Source of the DNA: an uncultured Leucobacter sp.
GTDB taxonomy: Bacteria; Actinomycetota; Actinomycetes; Actinomycetales; Microbacteriaceae
Assembly: GCA_937967375.1 (NCBI GenBank)
Contig: CALCJF010000011.1
Location: 6,160 to 70,159 of the forward strand
Direction of reading: 5' to 3'
DNA: 64,000 bases
The notes beneath the pieces are model-generated. The model worked only from the letters and a program-made list of their open reading frames with translations, searched no databases and was not told the origin of the DNA. Within the stretch, counting starts at the first letter, position 1. Each line of letters opens with the position of its first letter. The position numbers and the translations under genes are program-made. Of the stretch, positions 30,026 through 39,174 are shown one piece after another.

Positions 30026-31261
30026 ATGACTGAGCTCTACACCCGTGGCTACCTGAGCGACTACACACATAATCGTGTGCGACAGGTAATCTCCGACCTT
30101 GAACGCATCGGAGAAGAAGAGGTCTTGCGTCGCTCCACTGATGACTTGGTTTCCGAGCTTGTTGCTCGCGCATGCCTTGAGCCGCTTGTTGTTGGCGATG
30201 AGCCGATTGACGGCGGTGTGCAGGAAAGGTCTGTGGAAATGCAGGACCCCTTTTACGGGCGCCCGGTCCGCCGCCTGGTTTTTGACATACACGCAGTGTA
30301 TGAATTTTTCGGGACATCCGATTTGCTCCACTACAAGCCTTCAACCAGCCTCGCTTTCGTCAGGATTGAAGCTGACGTAGATGCTCGAAATCATACTTTG
30401 ACTGTTCGCACAAGGGTAGATGCGAGTGGTCAGATGAACGCAGCCGCAGCTCGCAAAGCCCTCGAAGAAGAGATTGGTCGAGTGCGAACGAACGCGAATC
30501 ATGCTGTTCGTGACGTGACCTCATATAACGCGAGTCTAGACAGGCAGATCCGGCCAGCAGTTGAACGACGAAAAGTTCAACTTCAGAATCGTCGAGATAT
30601 GGCAGGTGCACTTGGCTTTCCGCTGAAAAAGCGAAGTGATGCGCCAATCCCTGTTCCAGTAGTTCGAAAGCAAATTGGTGCAGCTCGAACTTCTTCTCCA
30701 CCGAGTCGTGCTCCATATAAAGATGAACCTGCGCTTACAGAAGCTCAATACGAAGATGCCATAAGTGTGGTCAGATCGACAATCTTGGCGATGGAGCGCA
30801 CCCCATCAGTAGTTGCAGGCAAAGACGAAGAAGCTATTCGAGATCAAATCCTTGTGCAGCTGAATGGAACCTTTGAAGGTAACGCCACCGGTGAGACCTT
30901 CGTCAAGAACGGCAAAACTGATCTATTAGTACGAGTCGAGGATCGCCATGTTTTCGTTGGCGAATGCAAATGGTGGAAGGGCGAGAAAGCATTCGGCGAG
31001 GCTATCGATCAGCTCTTGGGATACCTGCCGTGGCGTGACGAAAAGGCCGCACTTATCGTATTCATTAAGCAGAAGGATGCGTCGGCTGTCATTGAGAAAG
31101 CTGATAAAGCGATTCGTGCGCACACCGCATTCAAACGGGCAGGAAAGGCCTCCACGGATCCGCACCTCCGCCGCAACTATGCTCTTGGGCACCCCGAAGA
31201 CCCAGAACGCGAGTTAAAGGTAGCTGCGCTTTTCGCGGTATTCACGGGCGTCAAGGAGTAA
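30026..31261 (+). CDS. Unassigned protein with C-terminal PD-(D/E)xK-type nuclease motif
   Basis: GGAG RBS region; EEAIRD..GETF..GKTDLLVR..VFVGECKWW..AIDQLLGY. Confidence 0.75.
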   Translation: MTELYTRGYLSDYTHNRVRQVISDLERIGEEEVLRRSTDDLVSELVARACLEPLVVGDEPIDGGVQERSVEMQDPFYGRPVRRLVFDIHAVYEFFGTSDLLHYKPSTSLAFVRIEADVDARNHTLTVRTRVDASGQMNAAAARKALEEEIGRVRTNANHAVRDVTSYNASLDRQIRPAVERRKVQLQNRRDMAGALGFPLKKRSDAPIPVPVVRKQIGAARTSSPPSRAPYKDEPALTEAQYEDAISVVRSTILAMERTPSVVAGKDEEAIRDQILVQLNGTFEGNATGETFVKNGKTDLLVRVEDRHVFVGECKWWKGEKAFGEAIDQLLGYLPWRDEKAALIVFIKQKDASAVIEKADKAIRAHTAFKRAGKASTDPHLRRNYALGHPEDPERELKVAALFAVFTGVKE

Positions 31262-31269
31262 GGCACAGG

Positions 31270-33213
31270 ATGCAAATCACCAAACTGCGGCTCTCAGGCT
31301 TTCAATCATTTGGGCCGGCGCCGACAACAATCGAGCTAACGAATCTTTCCTATGTTCTTGGGCCTAACGGCGCTGGAAAGACCGCAGTATTGGAAGCGCT
31401 GTCCCGGCTCTTTAGCCCGCTCCCAGCTCAGCGCAAAGTTCATTTGAGTGATTTCCATGTGCCCAATTCACAAAGTGCGACGGAAGCTCACGCCAGCAGC
31501 CCCGAGCTGTGGATTGAAGCACTCATTGAAGTGCCCGAGGCTGGTGATGAAGGGCAGAACCCGAGCGTTCCTGCGAACTTCGCGCACATGCGTATCGACA
31601 CTGAGGATGGGATTCCCAGTATTCGGGTTCGGCTGACAGCTGTCCTCGCACCAGACGGTGTAATTGACGAAAAGATTCAGTACGTCCTTGAAGCCGATGA
31701 ATTCGGCGAACCTACGTCCACTTCAGACATGTCACGTTTTGACCGGGCAAGCATCGAAGTGCACTATCTTCCTGCCCGGAGAGACCCTGCTGATCACATC
31801 TCATTTACAACTTCATCATTAATTGGACGAACGCTCCGGGCCGCAGATTGGACCGACGAGAGAGAAACTCTTGGCAATCTCTCGCAGCAGGTGACGGATT
31901 CCTTGACTGATAATGACGCGGTTAAGGGGCTGGGCGTTCAACTTACAAAGCAATGGAGCGGTCTCCATAGCGGTGAGTTCTTCAAGAACCCGACGATTGC
32001 GTTTGGCCGAGGAGATTTAGAAGGAGTACTGCGTCAACTTACTGTCTCATTCACACCATCACACGATGGTTCACCTGCACCATTTGAAAGGCTCTCTGAT
32101 GGGCAGAAATCACTGCTCTACATTTCAATGGTGCTTTCTTGGCAGGCGTTGTCTCGACGCGTCCTAAGTGGCGAGGAGACTGCATTCGATGTGCATCGCA
32201 TGAGGCCACCTGTCCATACCGTGATTGCACTTGAGGAGCCAGAGAACAGCCTTTCCCCGCAGTACCTAGGTCGCATTGTGCGACAGCTTCGCGAAGCGGC
32301 GAAGAACAACGATATTCAGGCGGTCATTGCCACTCATTCGCCTTCACTGCTTCGACGTGTGGATCCGGAGCACGTTTGTTTCCTGCGGCTTGATTCAGAA
32401 CGACAGTCTCAAGTTCGCCGTATCGTTCTGCCGCCCGATGGGTCAGACGCCGCGAAGTATGTGCGAGAGGCAGTACTCGCATATCCAGAGCTCTATTTCT
32501 CGCGGCTTGTTGTTCTTGGTGAGGGCGACAGCGAGCAGATTGTCCTTCCCCGGATCCTTGCCGCAGCAGGAGTAGCGGAAGATGACGCGTCCGTGTCCGT
32601 TGTTCCGCTGGGCGGTCGCCATGTCAATCACTTCTGGCGTCTCCTAGAGGAGCTCGAGATCCCATACGTGACTCTTCTCGATCTTGACGAGGGGCGACAT
32701 CAGGGTGGCTGGGGACGAGTTCGAAACGCTCTTCGGCAAATCAACAAGCTCATCCCTGATAGGTACCCAGAATCACAAATCTCGAACTTGCCCAAATGGA
32801 ATGATGACCGCGACTTCCCGAGCCTTGAAGATCCGGCCTGGGAACCACCGACGGTCGGCCCTATTCCAGGTCTTGAGCGCCAACACGTCTACTTCTCTCA
32901 TCCGATTGATCTGGACATGATGATGATGAAGGCTTTCCCTGAGGCCTACGGAGTGTCTGAGACTGGCGCTCCTGATGCGTCGGGTATTGAAGCAGTACTT
33001 GGAAAGAATCATGCAAATGAGAATCGCCTCGATGATGACGTGCTCGCGCTTTTTGATAATTACCATAAGAAGTTCAACCTTGGAAGCAAGCCTGTTGAGC
33101 ATACTGAAGCATTGTCTCAGCTTGATGACTTTGACCTAGACATTTGCATTCCAGGGGTATTGAGTCGGCTTGTGTCCGATGTAAAGGCCCAGCTTGAGGC
33201 GCTCTCAGAGTGA
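31270..33213 (+). CDS. gajA: OLD-family ATP-dependent nuclease (ABC ATPase + TOPRIM), GajA-like
   Basis: GPNGAGKT, LSDGQKS, LEEPENSL, ATHSP; TOPRIM LGEGDSE and LLDLDEG. Confidence 0.85.
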   Translation: MQITKLRLSGFQSFGPAPTTIELTNLSYVLGPNGAGKTAVLEALSRLFSPLPAQRKVHLSDFHVPNSQSATEAHASSPELWIEALIEVPEAGDEGQNPSVPANFAHMRIDTEDGIPSIRVRLTAVLAPDGVIDEKIQYVLEADEFGEPTSTSDMSRFDRASIEVHYLPARRDPADHISFTTSSLIGRTLRAADWTDERETLGNLSQQVTDSLTDNDAVKGLGVQLTKQWSGLHSGEFFKNPTIAFGRGDLEGVLRQLTVSFTPSHDGSPAPFERLSDGQKSLLYISMVLSWQALSRRVLSGEETAFDVHRMRPPVHTVIALEEPENSLSPQYLGRIVRQLREAAKNNDIQAVIATHSPSLLRRVDPEHVCFLRLDSERQSQVRRIVLPPDGSDAAKYVREAVLAYPELYFSRLVVLGEGDSEQIVLPRILAAAGVAEDDASVSVVPLGGRHVNHFWRLLEELEIPYVTLLDLDEGRHQGGWGRVRNALRQINKLIPDRYPESQISNLPKWNDDRDFPSLEDPAWEPPTVGPIPGLERQHVYFSHPIDLDMMMMKAFPEAYGVSETGAPDASGIEAVLGKNHANENRLDDDVLALFDNYHKKFNLGSKPVEHTEALSQLDDFDLDICIPGVLSRLVSDVKAQLEALSE

Positions 33214-34880
33214 TCAGAGTAGATGAATGGGCACCCGTTGGAGGTGTGCGGTTAGAGCCAAACGCGCTCGAAGCAGTTCGTGAGTTAGAGAAAAATGTTG
33301 TTATAACTGCAGGCCCTGGTGCGGGTAAAACCGAACTTCTTGCGCAGCGTGCTGACTACCTGTTCCGAACCGGTGCTTCAATGTACCCGCGACGAATCCT
33401 CGCGATATCTTTCAAGGTTGATGCCGCGAGAAATCTTCAGTCGCGAGTCCGCGAACGATCTGGATCGCTGTTTGCCGCTCGATTCGACAGTTTCACTTTC
33501 CATGCGTTTGCAAAGCGCTTGGTAGATAACTACCGTCCAGCATTGACAGGAGCGAGCGCACTCCTGCCTGACTACCGCTTACATGCAACAGATCGGGTTC
33601 TGGGAGAACAGATCAGGTTTGAAGACCTGGTGCCATTGGCGTTGGAAATACTTGAAGCTAACCCATTTGCACGCGGCGCTCTCCGGCAAACCTACAGCCA
33701 TATCTTTATGGACGAGTTCCAAGATGCAACCGGCCCACAGTATGAATTCTTGAGACAGGCTTTCGAGGACACCAACGCAATTCTGACTGGCGTGGGTGAC
33801 ACCAAACAGCGCATCATGGTGTTTGCGGGGGCGCTAGAAGGAATCATGGGCTCTTTTGCCTCGGATTTTGATGCGCGTGAGCTTAACCTTTATCAAAACT
33901 TCCGTTCCAAGCCGCGGCTTCGTCGGATGCAGAACCGCATGATTCTCGATATGGAACCTTCCGCCGCTAGTTCGGATTCAGACCTCGCAGGTGATGAGGG
34001 CAGCATCCAAGTGCTCCGATACCCAACTGATCGGGCTGAAGCTAAGGGGGTAGCGAATCTTATTGAGCAATGGCTCGGCGAAGGGGTGCCTCCTAGCGAA
34101 ATCACGGTACTTGTGAGGCAAACTCCACACCTTGTGGCGGTGGACCTTGGATATGAACTATCTGAGCGCGGCATTCCTTTTCGGAATGAGCAGTCGGCTC
34201 AGGACCTCACCGCAGAACCTGCGACATCTCTCCTCTTCAATTATCTGCGTGTGATCGCAGATGAGCAGCGTCCAAGCGCCTACGGAGAGCTCGTTCGAGT
34301 TGTCACCCGAGGAGGTCTCGAAGAATCTGACAGTGTGACGGATAGCAAATTGAGGAGGCTGCTTACCGAAGACCGTTCAGCTATTCGGTCCCAAGATTTT
34401 GATCGCGCCAATCTTGACTCGTGGATTCCCTTGGTTACAAAGTTCCTAAAATTTGTGTCAAGACCTGCATTGAAGGCACTGTCTCCTTCATACCAGCAAG
34501 GAAGTCGACTCGATGATGTAATCGACCAAGGGCTCGATGCTTTCCGGCGAGAACTTGAGGTTGACGCTGATCCAGTAGCTGCGCTAAACCGCCTCTCGGA
34601 AGAAGACGCAATTCGTATACTAACGGTGCACAAGTGTAAAGGCCTTGAGTTTGAGAAAGTTGTCATACTCGGTGTCGAGAGACAGCTATTTTGGGGTGAC
34701 GAAGCAGAGAAGAAAGCTGAATTCTTCGTGTCGATCTCTCGCGCCAAACAAGAACTAGTTCTGACTACTGCTGCCCGACGAAGCCGCCCGGCGGGGGTAA
34801 CTGGGCGATGGGATGAAGTGCGTACCCCGCACGAGGTTCTTCTTGCATATGCAGAAGAAGGAATGACCCAGGCAAGATGA
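33210..34880 (+). CDS. gajB: UvrD/REP-like helicase, GajB-like
   Basis: AGPGAGKT, MDEFQD, VGDTKQRI, QNFRS, TVHKCKGLEF, SISRAK; GTGA overlap with OLD gene. Confidence 0.85.
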   Translation: MIRVDEWAPVGGVRLEPNALEAVRELEKNVVITAGPGAGKTELLAQRADYLFRTGASMYPRRILAISFKVDAARNLQSRVRERSGSLFAARFDSFTFHAFAKRLVDNYRPALTGASALLPDYRLHATDRVLGEQIRFEDLVPLALEILEANPFARGALRQTYSHIFMDEFQDATGPQYEFLRQAFEDTNAILTGVGDTKQRIMVFAGALEGIMGSFASDFDARELNLYQNFRSKPRLRRMQNRMILDMEPSAASSDSDLAGDEGSIQVLRYPTDRAEAKGVANLIEQWLGEGVPPSEITVLVRQTPHLVAVDLGYELSERGIPFRNEQSAQDLTAEPATSLLFNYLRVIADEQRPSAYGELVRVVTRGGLEESDSVTDSKLRRLLTEDRSAIRSQDFDRANLDSWIPLVTKFLKFVSRPALKALSPSYQQGSRLDDVIDQGLDAFRRELEVDADPVAALNRLSEEDAIRILTVHKCKGLEFEKVVILGVERQLFWGDEAEKKAEFFVSISRAKQELVLTTAARRSRPAGVTGRWDEVRTPHEVLLAYAEEGMTQAR

Positions 34881-34949
34881 CCTAATATGCCTGTAGGTCC
34901 TACTCAGTCTGTTGTGTTTTTGCTTGTCACTACCAAGTAGTGGCCATAC

Positions 34950-35416
34950 TTAGGCCCGGCTGCCGTGTGCATCTCGACAGATATCCTCACTGTGCCGCCC
35001 AGAATAACCGCCGAGATACTTCCTTACCGTCTTGTGATTCCGCCCCACTCGCCTGGCGATGGCTTTAAAGCCAAGACCCCTGTGCGTAGCTCCTGCCACC
35101 GGTAGATCTCGTCATCGGTCGGCACTGCGACTCGTGAGCGGACTCCGGCCCCGACGAGGTGTTTCATAATGGTGTCGCGATCGTGGCCACCCTTATCGGC
35201 AAGCCCGTAGGCTGACTGTCCAGCCTCGTGGTCCGCGATTGTTTCAGCAAGTCGCTCAGGAATGATACGCGGGAAAGACGGTGGAGATTGTTGCAAATCC
35301 ACGCCTCTTGGCGACACGGGTACTTCCCGCAGGAGTCGCCACCCCTGTTGCAATTGTTCTGCATAGGAGGAGAACACCCCGACCTTTGCTTCCCTACTAG
35401 AACCCCGAACAACCAA
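34950..35416 (-). pseudogene. Degraded tandem helix-turn-helix protein
   Basis: ORF 35024..35416 has an HTH-like segment (HEAGQSAYGLADKGGHDRDTIMKHL); shifting frame at the C4 run 35077-80 gives GLGFKAIARRVGRNHKTVRKYL, stop at 34950. Confidence 0.6.
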
Positions 35417-35522
35417 GGTCGCAAAGACGACTCGAAGGATTAGGCGATATGGACAGCAGTAACGTCAATCTCTCAATCCCATAACCTCCGTTGACGTTGC
35501 GATATACACCTGCGGCCTGAGG

Positions 35523-36488
35523 TCATGGCCGGAAAAGCTGCAAACGCAGTGTTTCCTGCGATATGTTCGCCCGCGCCCGAACCTCCCACAACTCAGACGC
35601 CGCGCCGGTTCGATAGATCGCTGGCTGCGCCAAGTACGCTGAAAGAATCCGCGATCGTCCCGCCGCAAAGTCTGCATCAGACGCGTGCGCATACTCCTCG
35701 CGCACAGCGGCCGCATATTCCGCGTAGCGCGACGGCGACGAAGCGAAGATCGAGAGATCGGCATCGAGCAGGTGCGCAAGCGGGGGAGCAGTATCACCAA
35801 CGTCGACCCCCGGTGTGGTCGCGACAATGAGATCGCCAATCCGCTGGGTGAGGCCGGGGTCCAGGTCGAGCGCGCCCAGCGAAGCGACCGCGAGGCCCGC
35901 CGAGTCGCGCTCGTCCGCACCGTCAGCGGCGCCGAGATAGATCGCGTCGTGAAACCATGCCGCCAGCAGCGTCTCGACCTCGATGTGCTCACCGCGCACC
36001 TCGAGGTGGTTCAGTGCGAGCAGCACATCTTCGAGGTGCCGCTCGTCGTGGTAGCGGCGGTGATCCTCGTTCCATCTCGCGATAAGCGAGTCGCCGAGAT
36101 CGTGCCAGGCGTCGAAATCAGAAGCAACGGAAGAACCCGAGGCGCGAGAAGCGACCCCAACCGCATCACCCAACAGCGCCCACTCCGCCACAAGATACTG
36201 CCGCCGCCGAACGGGTCGCGCAGCATCGCGCTCGACCCCGCGCACCCGCAGCCCGGCCGCGCGCAGCGAAAACACCACGTCTTTCGCGGTCACCTCGCGC
36301 GCACCGAGCGCAACCGCGCGAGCGTGCAGCGACGCGGGAACGTCGTAGTGATCGAGATCGAAGCCGCGCCTGGGCGCGCCCAGCCGCGCGGCGAAGGCGT
36401 GCAGCTCGTCATAGTCGCTGTCAGACACGAGGTGGCTCCACAGCGTGCCGTGCGCAGGCCACGCGGGCGGATCAATCAGAATCGCCAT
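35523..36488 (-). CDS. DUF4031 domain fused to HD-superfamily phosphohydrolase
   Basis: MAILIDPPAWPAHG..WSHLVSD..DHYD; RRYHD..AWFHDAIY..LLDADLSI; TACGCT-N6-ATG. Confidence 0.88.
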   Translation of the reverse strand: MAILIDPPAWPAHGTLWSHLVSDSDYDELHAFAARLGAPRRGFDLDHYDVPASLHARAVALGAREVTAKDVVFSLRAAGLRVRGVERDAARPVRRRQYLVAEWALLGDAVGVASRASGSSVASDFDAWHDLGDSLIARWNEDHRRYHDERHLEDVLLALNHLEVRGEHIEVETLLAAWFHDAIYLGAADGADERDSAGLAVASLGALDLDPGLTQRIGDLIVATTPGVDVGDTAPPLAHLLDADLSIFASSPSRYAEYAAAVREEYAHASDADFAAGRSRILSAYLAQPAIYRTGAASELWEVRARANISQETLRLQLFRP

Positions 36489-36505
36489 TCGCTCAGCGTA
36501 CCTCG

Positions 36506-36985
36506 CTACGCAAGCAACTTCGGCGCCGCAAAGCTCCACTCGTCGACCGAGTGGGTGATCGCGTCGCCCCAGCTGTCGACGCTCCACACGAACCGCGCCA
36601 CCGCGCACGTCGGCATATGCAGAATGCTGTCGTTCGAAAGCAGAGAAGCGAGATCGGAGATGCCCGGGTCGTGCGCGACGATCATGACCGACGTGGCGCC
36701 AGACGCCGCGGCCTTGCGCAGCAGTGTCTGCGCGGGAGCCAGATACAGCTCGGCATCGAGTTCGACCGCGACCCCGAGCTGTGCGCCGTACACCTCTGCC
36801 GTGCTGCGCGCGCGCAGCGCGGTGCTGGCCAGAATGCGCTCGACCATCACCCCGTCGGCCGCGAGATGACGGGCCATGCGGGGTGCGTCGCGCAGGCCGC
36901 GCGCGTTCAGTGGGCGATCGTGATCGGCGAGCCGAGCGTCGCCCCAGTCAGACTTCGCGTGTCGCGCCAATATGAGCTCGCGCAT
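36506..36985 (-). CDS. SixA-like histidine phosphatase
   Basis: LARHAKSDW, DHDRPLNARG, STALRARST, AHDPG. Confidence 0.9.
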   Translation of the reverse strand: MRELILARHAKSDWGDARLADHDRPLNARGLRDAPRMARHLAADGVMVERILASTALRARSTAEVYGAQLGVAVELDAELYLAPAQTLLRKAAASGATSVMIVAHDPGISDLASLLSNDSILHMPTCAVARFVWSVDSWGDAITHSVDEWSFAAPKLLA

Positions 36986-37067
36986 TTCCCCTCCATCCCC
37001 GCAGCGCGCCGGCTCACCGCAAACCAAGCGCCCCCGCCTAAGTGCAGGGTATCGGAGAAACCCCCGA

Positions 37068-37421
37068 TCAGTCGCCAGGATCGAGCGAGATTATTCCTCC
37101 GTCTTCGCGCTGGTCATCTCGCGTTTCTTTGATGCGGTGCGCTTCTTCGCTCGTCTCCATCACGTCTGCGCTTTCGTCGGGGTCGAGATCAGACCCCGGC
37201 TCGCCGTCGAGATCGGGCGCGGGATCAGAGCCGACCCCCTTGCCCTCACTCTTCTTCGCGGCCTCGGGCGCGTCATTCGCGTCAGGCCCCTGCTTGCCCG
37301 CGTACTCCGCCTCCTCATAGACCGAATGCTCGACCGACTCGGGGGCGGTGGCCGTGGGGTGTGCGGGGTCGTGCCGGGCGTCGTGCTCAGGCTGGGCTCG
37401 GTGTTCAGATTGCTGGTTCAT
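37068..37421 (-). CDS. Acidic low-complexity hypothetical protein
   Basis: GAAAGGAAG RBS; D/E/P-rich 117 aa. Confidence 0.65.
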   Translation of the reverse strand: MNQQSEHRAQPEHDARHDPAHPTATAPESVEHSVYEEAEYAGKQGPDANDAPEAAKKSEGKGVGSDPAPDLDGEPGSDLDPDESADVMETSEEAHRIKETRDDQREDGGIISLDPGD

Positions 37422-37494
37422 GATCTTCCTTTCCGGGGGAGTTGGTTCGCCACCTCGTGCAGCGACGTGGCTGAGACATATGTAGCGCGCGGGA

Positions 37495-38166
37495 TCACTC
37501 GGCCTCCATTGCAGACACCGCGTGCGGGGCGCCGACCGGTTTCGACTCGGCCGATCCTCGTTGCCTCAAGAAAATCGCGAACGCGACCATCGAGCCGACC
37601 GCGAGCAACTCGGATTGCCAGTTCTGCAGCGTGCGGTTCCAGAAGTCGGCCGACATGAGGTACCCGCCGACGGTGACCGCCGGCTGCCCGTGCTCGGCCT
37701 GCTCGGCGTTATAGACGACGGTGCCCGCGAGGCCCTGCACCAGCCACGACAGCAGAAAGATCGTGCCCATGGTGATGAGCAGCGAGTTGCTGTAGACCCA
37801 GAGCCGAAAGCCGCCTGCCCTGGCCCACGCGGGGGAGTTGGGCCTCGCGTGGTCCCCGACGAGCTGCGACTCGTCGTCACCGGGGCCCTCGTCGCCCGGC
37901 TTCTTCGACTCGGGTGACCCCCGCTGCACGAGCCACACGGTCCCAAGAATGAAGAGAAAGAACTGCAGATACTCCGACTGCCAGTTCTCGGCGACGTCGA
38001 CGACAAACGCGGATGAGGTGACGAAGCTGATCCAGTCGAGCGGCGCCCCGCCGTGCGCGAGCTGGTCTTCGTTGAACGCCGCGAGCCCGGCGAGCGATTG
38101 GCCGAACAGACACACCACAAACGCGGCGGCGAACGCGAGAGACAGGGCGTGATCCTTGAGCTTCAT
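37495..38166 (-). CDS. DUF6766-like membrane protein
   Basis: Duplicated (E/Q)NWQSE motifs, QRGSPESK/QRGSAESK, TM segments. Confidence 0.8.
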   Translation of the reverse strand: MKLKDHALSLAFAAAFVVCLFGQSLAGLAAFNEDQLAHGGAPLDWISFVTSSAFVVDVAENWQSEYLQFFLFILGTVWLVQRGSPESKKPGDEGPGDDESQLVGDHARPNSPAWARAGGFRLWVYSNSLLITMGTIFLLSWLVQGLAGTVVYNAEQAEHGQPAVTVGGYLMSADFWNRTLQNWQSELLAVGSMVAFAIFLRQRGSAESKPVGAPHAVSAMEAE

Positions 38167-38169
38167 TGC

Positions 38170-38253
38170 TCACCTGCCCATCGCCACAAGCGTGAACATC
38201 GCGGCGAGACCGACCACCACGATGCCCATCCACAGCCAGAACATTGTCTTCAT
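38170..38253 (-). CDS. 27-aa single-TM small protein (absent from ORF track)
   Basis: MKTMFWLWMGIVVVGLAAMFTLVAMGR; TACGCT-N7-ATG; stop 3 nt before the next ATG. Confidence 0.7.
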   Translation of the reverse strand: MKTMFWLWMGIVVVGLAAMFTLVAMGR

Positions 38254-38423
38254 GCCGCCGAGCGTATTGGGCCAGATGGGCGCGGGGCAGGCCCTTGCGG
38301 CGCCGGTTACGAATGTGCAATGACATTGCATGGTAGGGCAGAGTCGCTGCCCTGGCCAGGGGGTAGTGGCACCGCGGCGGCGCGCGTAGAACTGAGGTAT
38401 CGACGCACATCAGGAGGTGACCC

Positions 38424-38792
38424 ATGAACCCAACCGAACCCGGTCTCGACCCGACGAAAGTGCTGAACCAGCCGTCGCTGCGACGCTCGACCGGCACCAT
38501 CTGGCTGGTGATGGGCGCGCTCTTTCTGCTGGCCAGCCTCTTCTCGTTTGGGGTCGTGATGGCTGGCGGCAGCGGAGCCTCCACGCCGCTCGCAATCACC
38601 GGCGGGGCCATCGCCATCGTGCTCTACGGCGCAATGGTGCTCGTGCGCCTCGTCGTCGGCGCGGGCGTGAAACGGTTGCGTTTGCTCGCTGCTTGTCTGC
38701 TCACCATGGCGGCGGTATCGCTCATCGGCGTCTGGATCTGCGCCTACATTGAAGCGGCCGCGGTGACCGCCACGCTCAGTGGCGCTTCCTGA
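38424..38792 (+). CDS. Small membrane hypothetical protein
   Basis: AGGAGG RBS; three hydrophobic segments. Confidence 0.75.
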   Translation: MNPTEPGLDPTKVLNQPSLRRSTGTIWLVMGALFLLASLFSFGVVMAGGSGASTPLAITGGAIAIVLYGAMVLVRLVVGAGVKRLRLLAACLLTMAAVSLIGVWICAYIEAAAVTATLSGAS

Positions 38793-38852
38793 CAAGGCGG
38801 CTCTCGCACCTCACAATGCAAAACCCGAAGAATCAACAGTAAGGAAGAAACG

Positions 38853-39107
38853 ATGACTACCAGCCAGGCCGAATTGAAGACTTGCGACACCTGCGGCAAC
38901 GAGTACGACAAAACATTCACGGTGCACTGGGGCGACCAGGTCGGCACCTTCGACAGCTTCGAGTGTGCCGCGCACCTGATGGCGCCCGCGTGCCACCACT
39001 GCGGCTGCCGCATTCTCGGCCACGGTGTCGAGACCGACGGTGCCATCTTCTGCTGCGCGAGTTGCGCGCGCCATGTCGGCGAGCACGAACTGGTCGACCG
39101 GGCTTAG
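38853..39107 (+). CDS. Cys/His-rich small metal-binding protein (metallothionein-like)
   Basis: CDTC..FDSFEC..CHHCGC..CCASC; AAGGAAG RBS. Confidence 0.8.
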   Translation: MTTSQAELKTCDTCGNEYDKTFTVHWGDQVGTFDSFECAAHLMAPACHHCGCRILGHGVETDGAIFCCASCARHVGEHELVDRA

Positions 39108-39174
39108 CGCTTGTCCTCGGCACGAGGATCATCGCACCCGTGACCAACTCGCCGATCTTGCATAGGCTGGCTGC

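Larger units (their letters stand above)
20100..35500. mobile_element. Low-GC genomic (defence) island; boundaries approximate
   Basis: Visible rise in A/T content and A/T-ending codons between 20085 and 35523; dense restriction/defence genes; degraded HTH at right edge; no intact integrase seen. Confidence 0.7.

Noticed and set aside
38791-38833. GACAAGGCGG upstream of the Cys-rich gene as another CAA-N4 element
   Set aside because: No -10-like hexamer at the 30-31 nt distance
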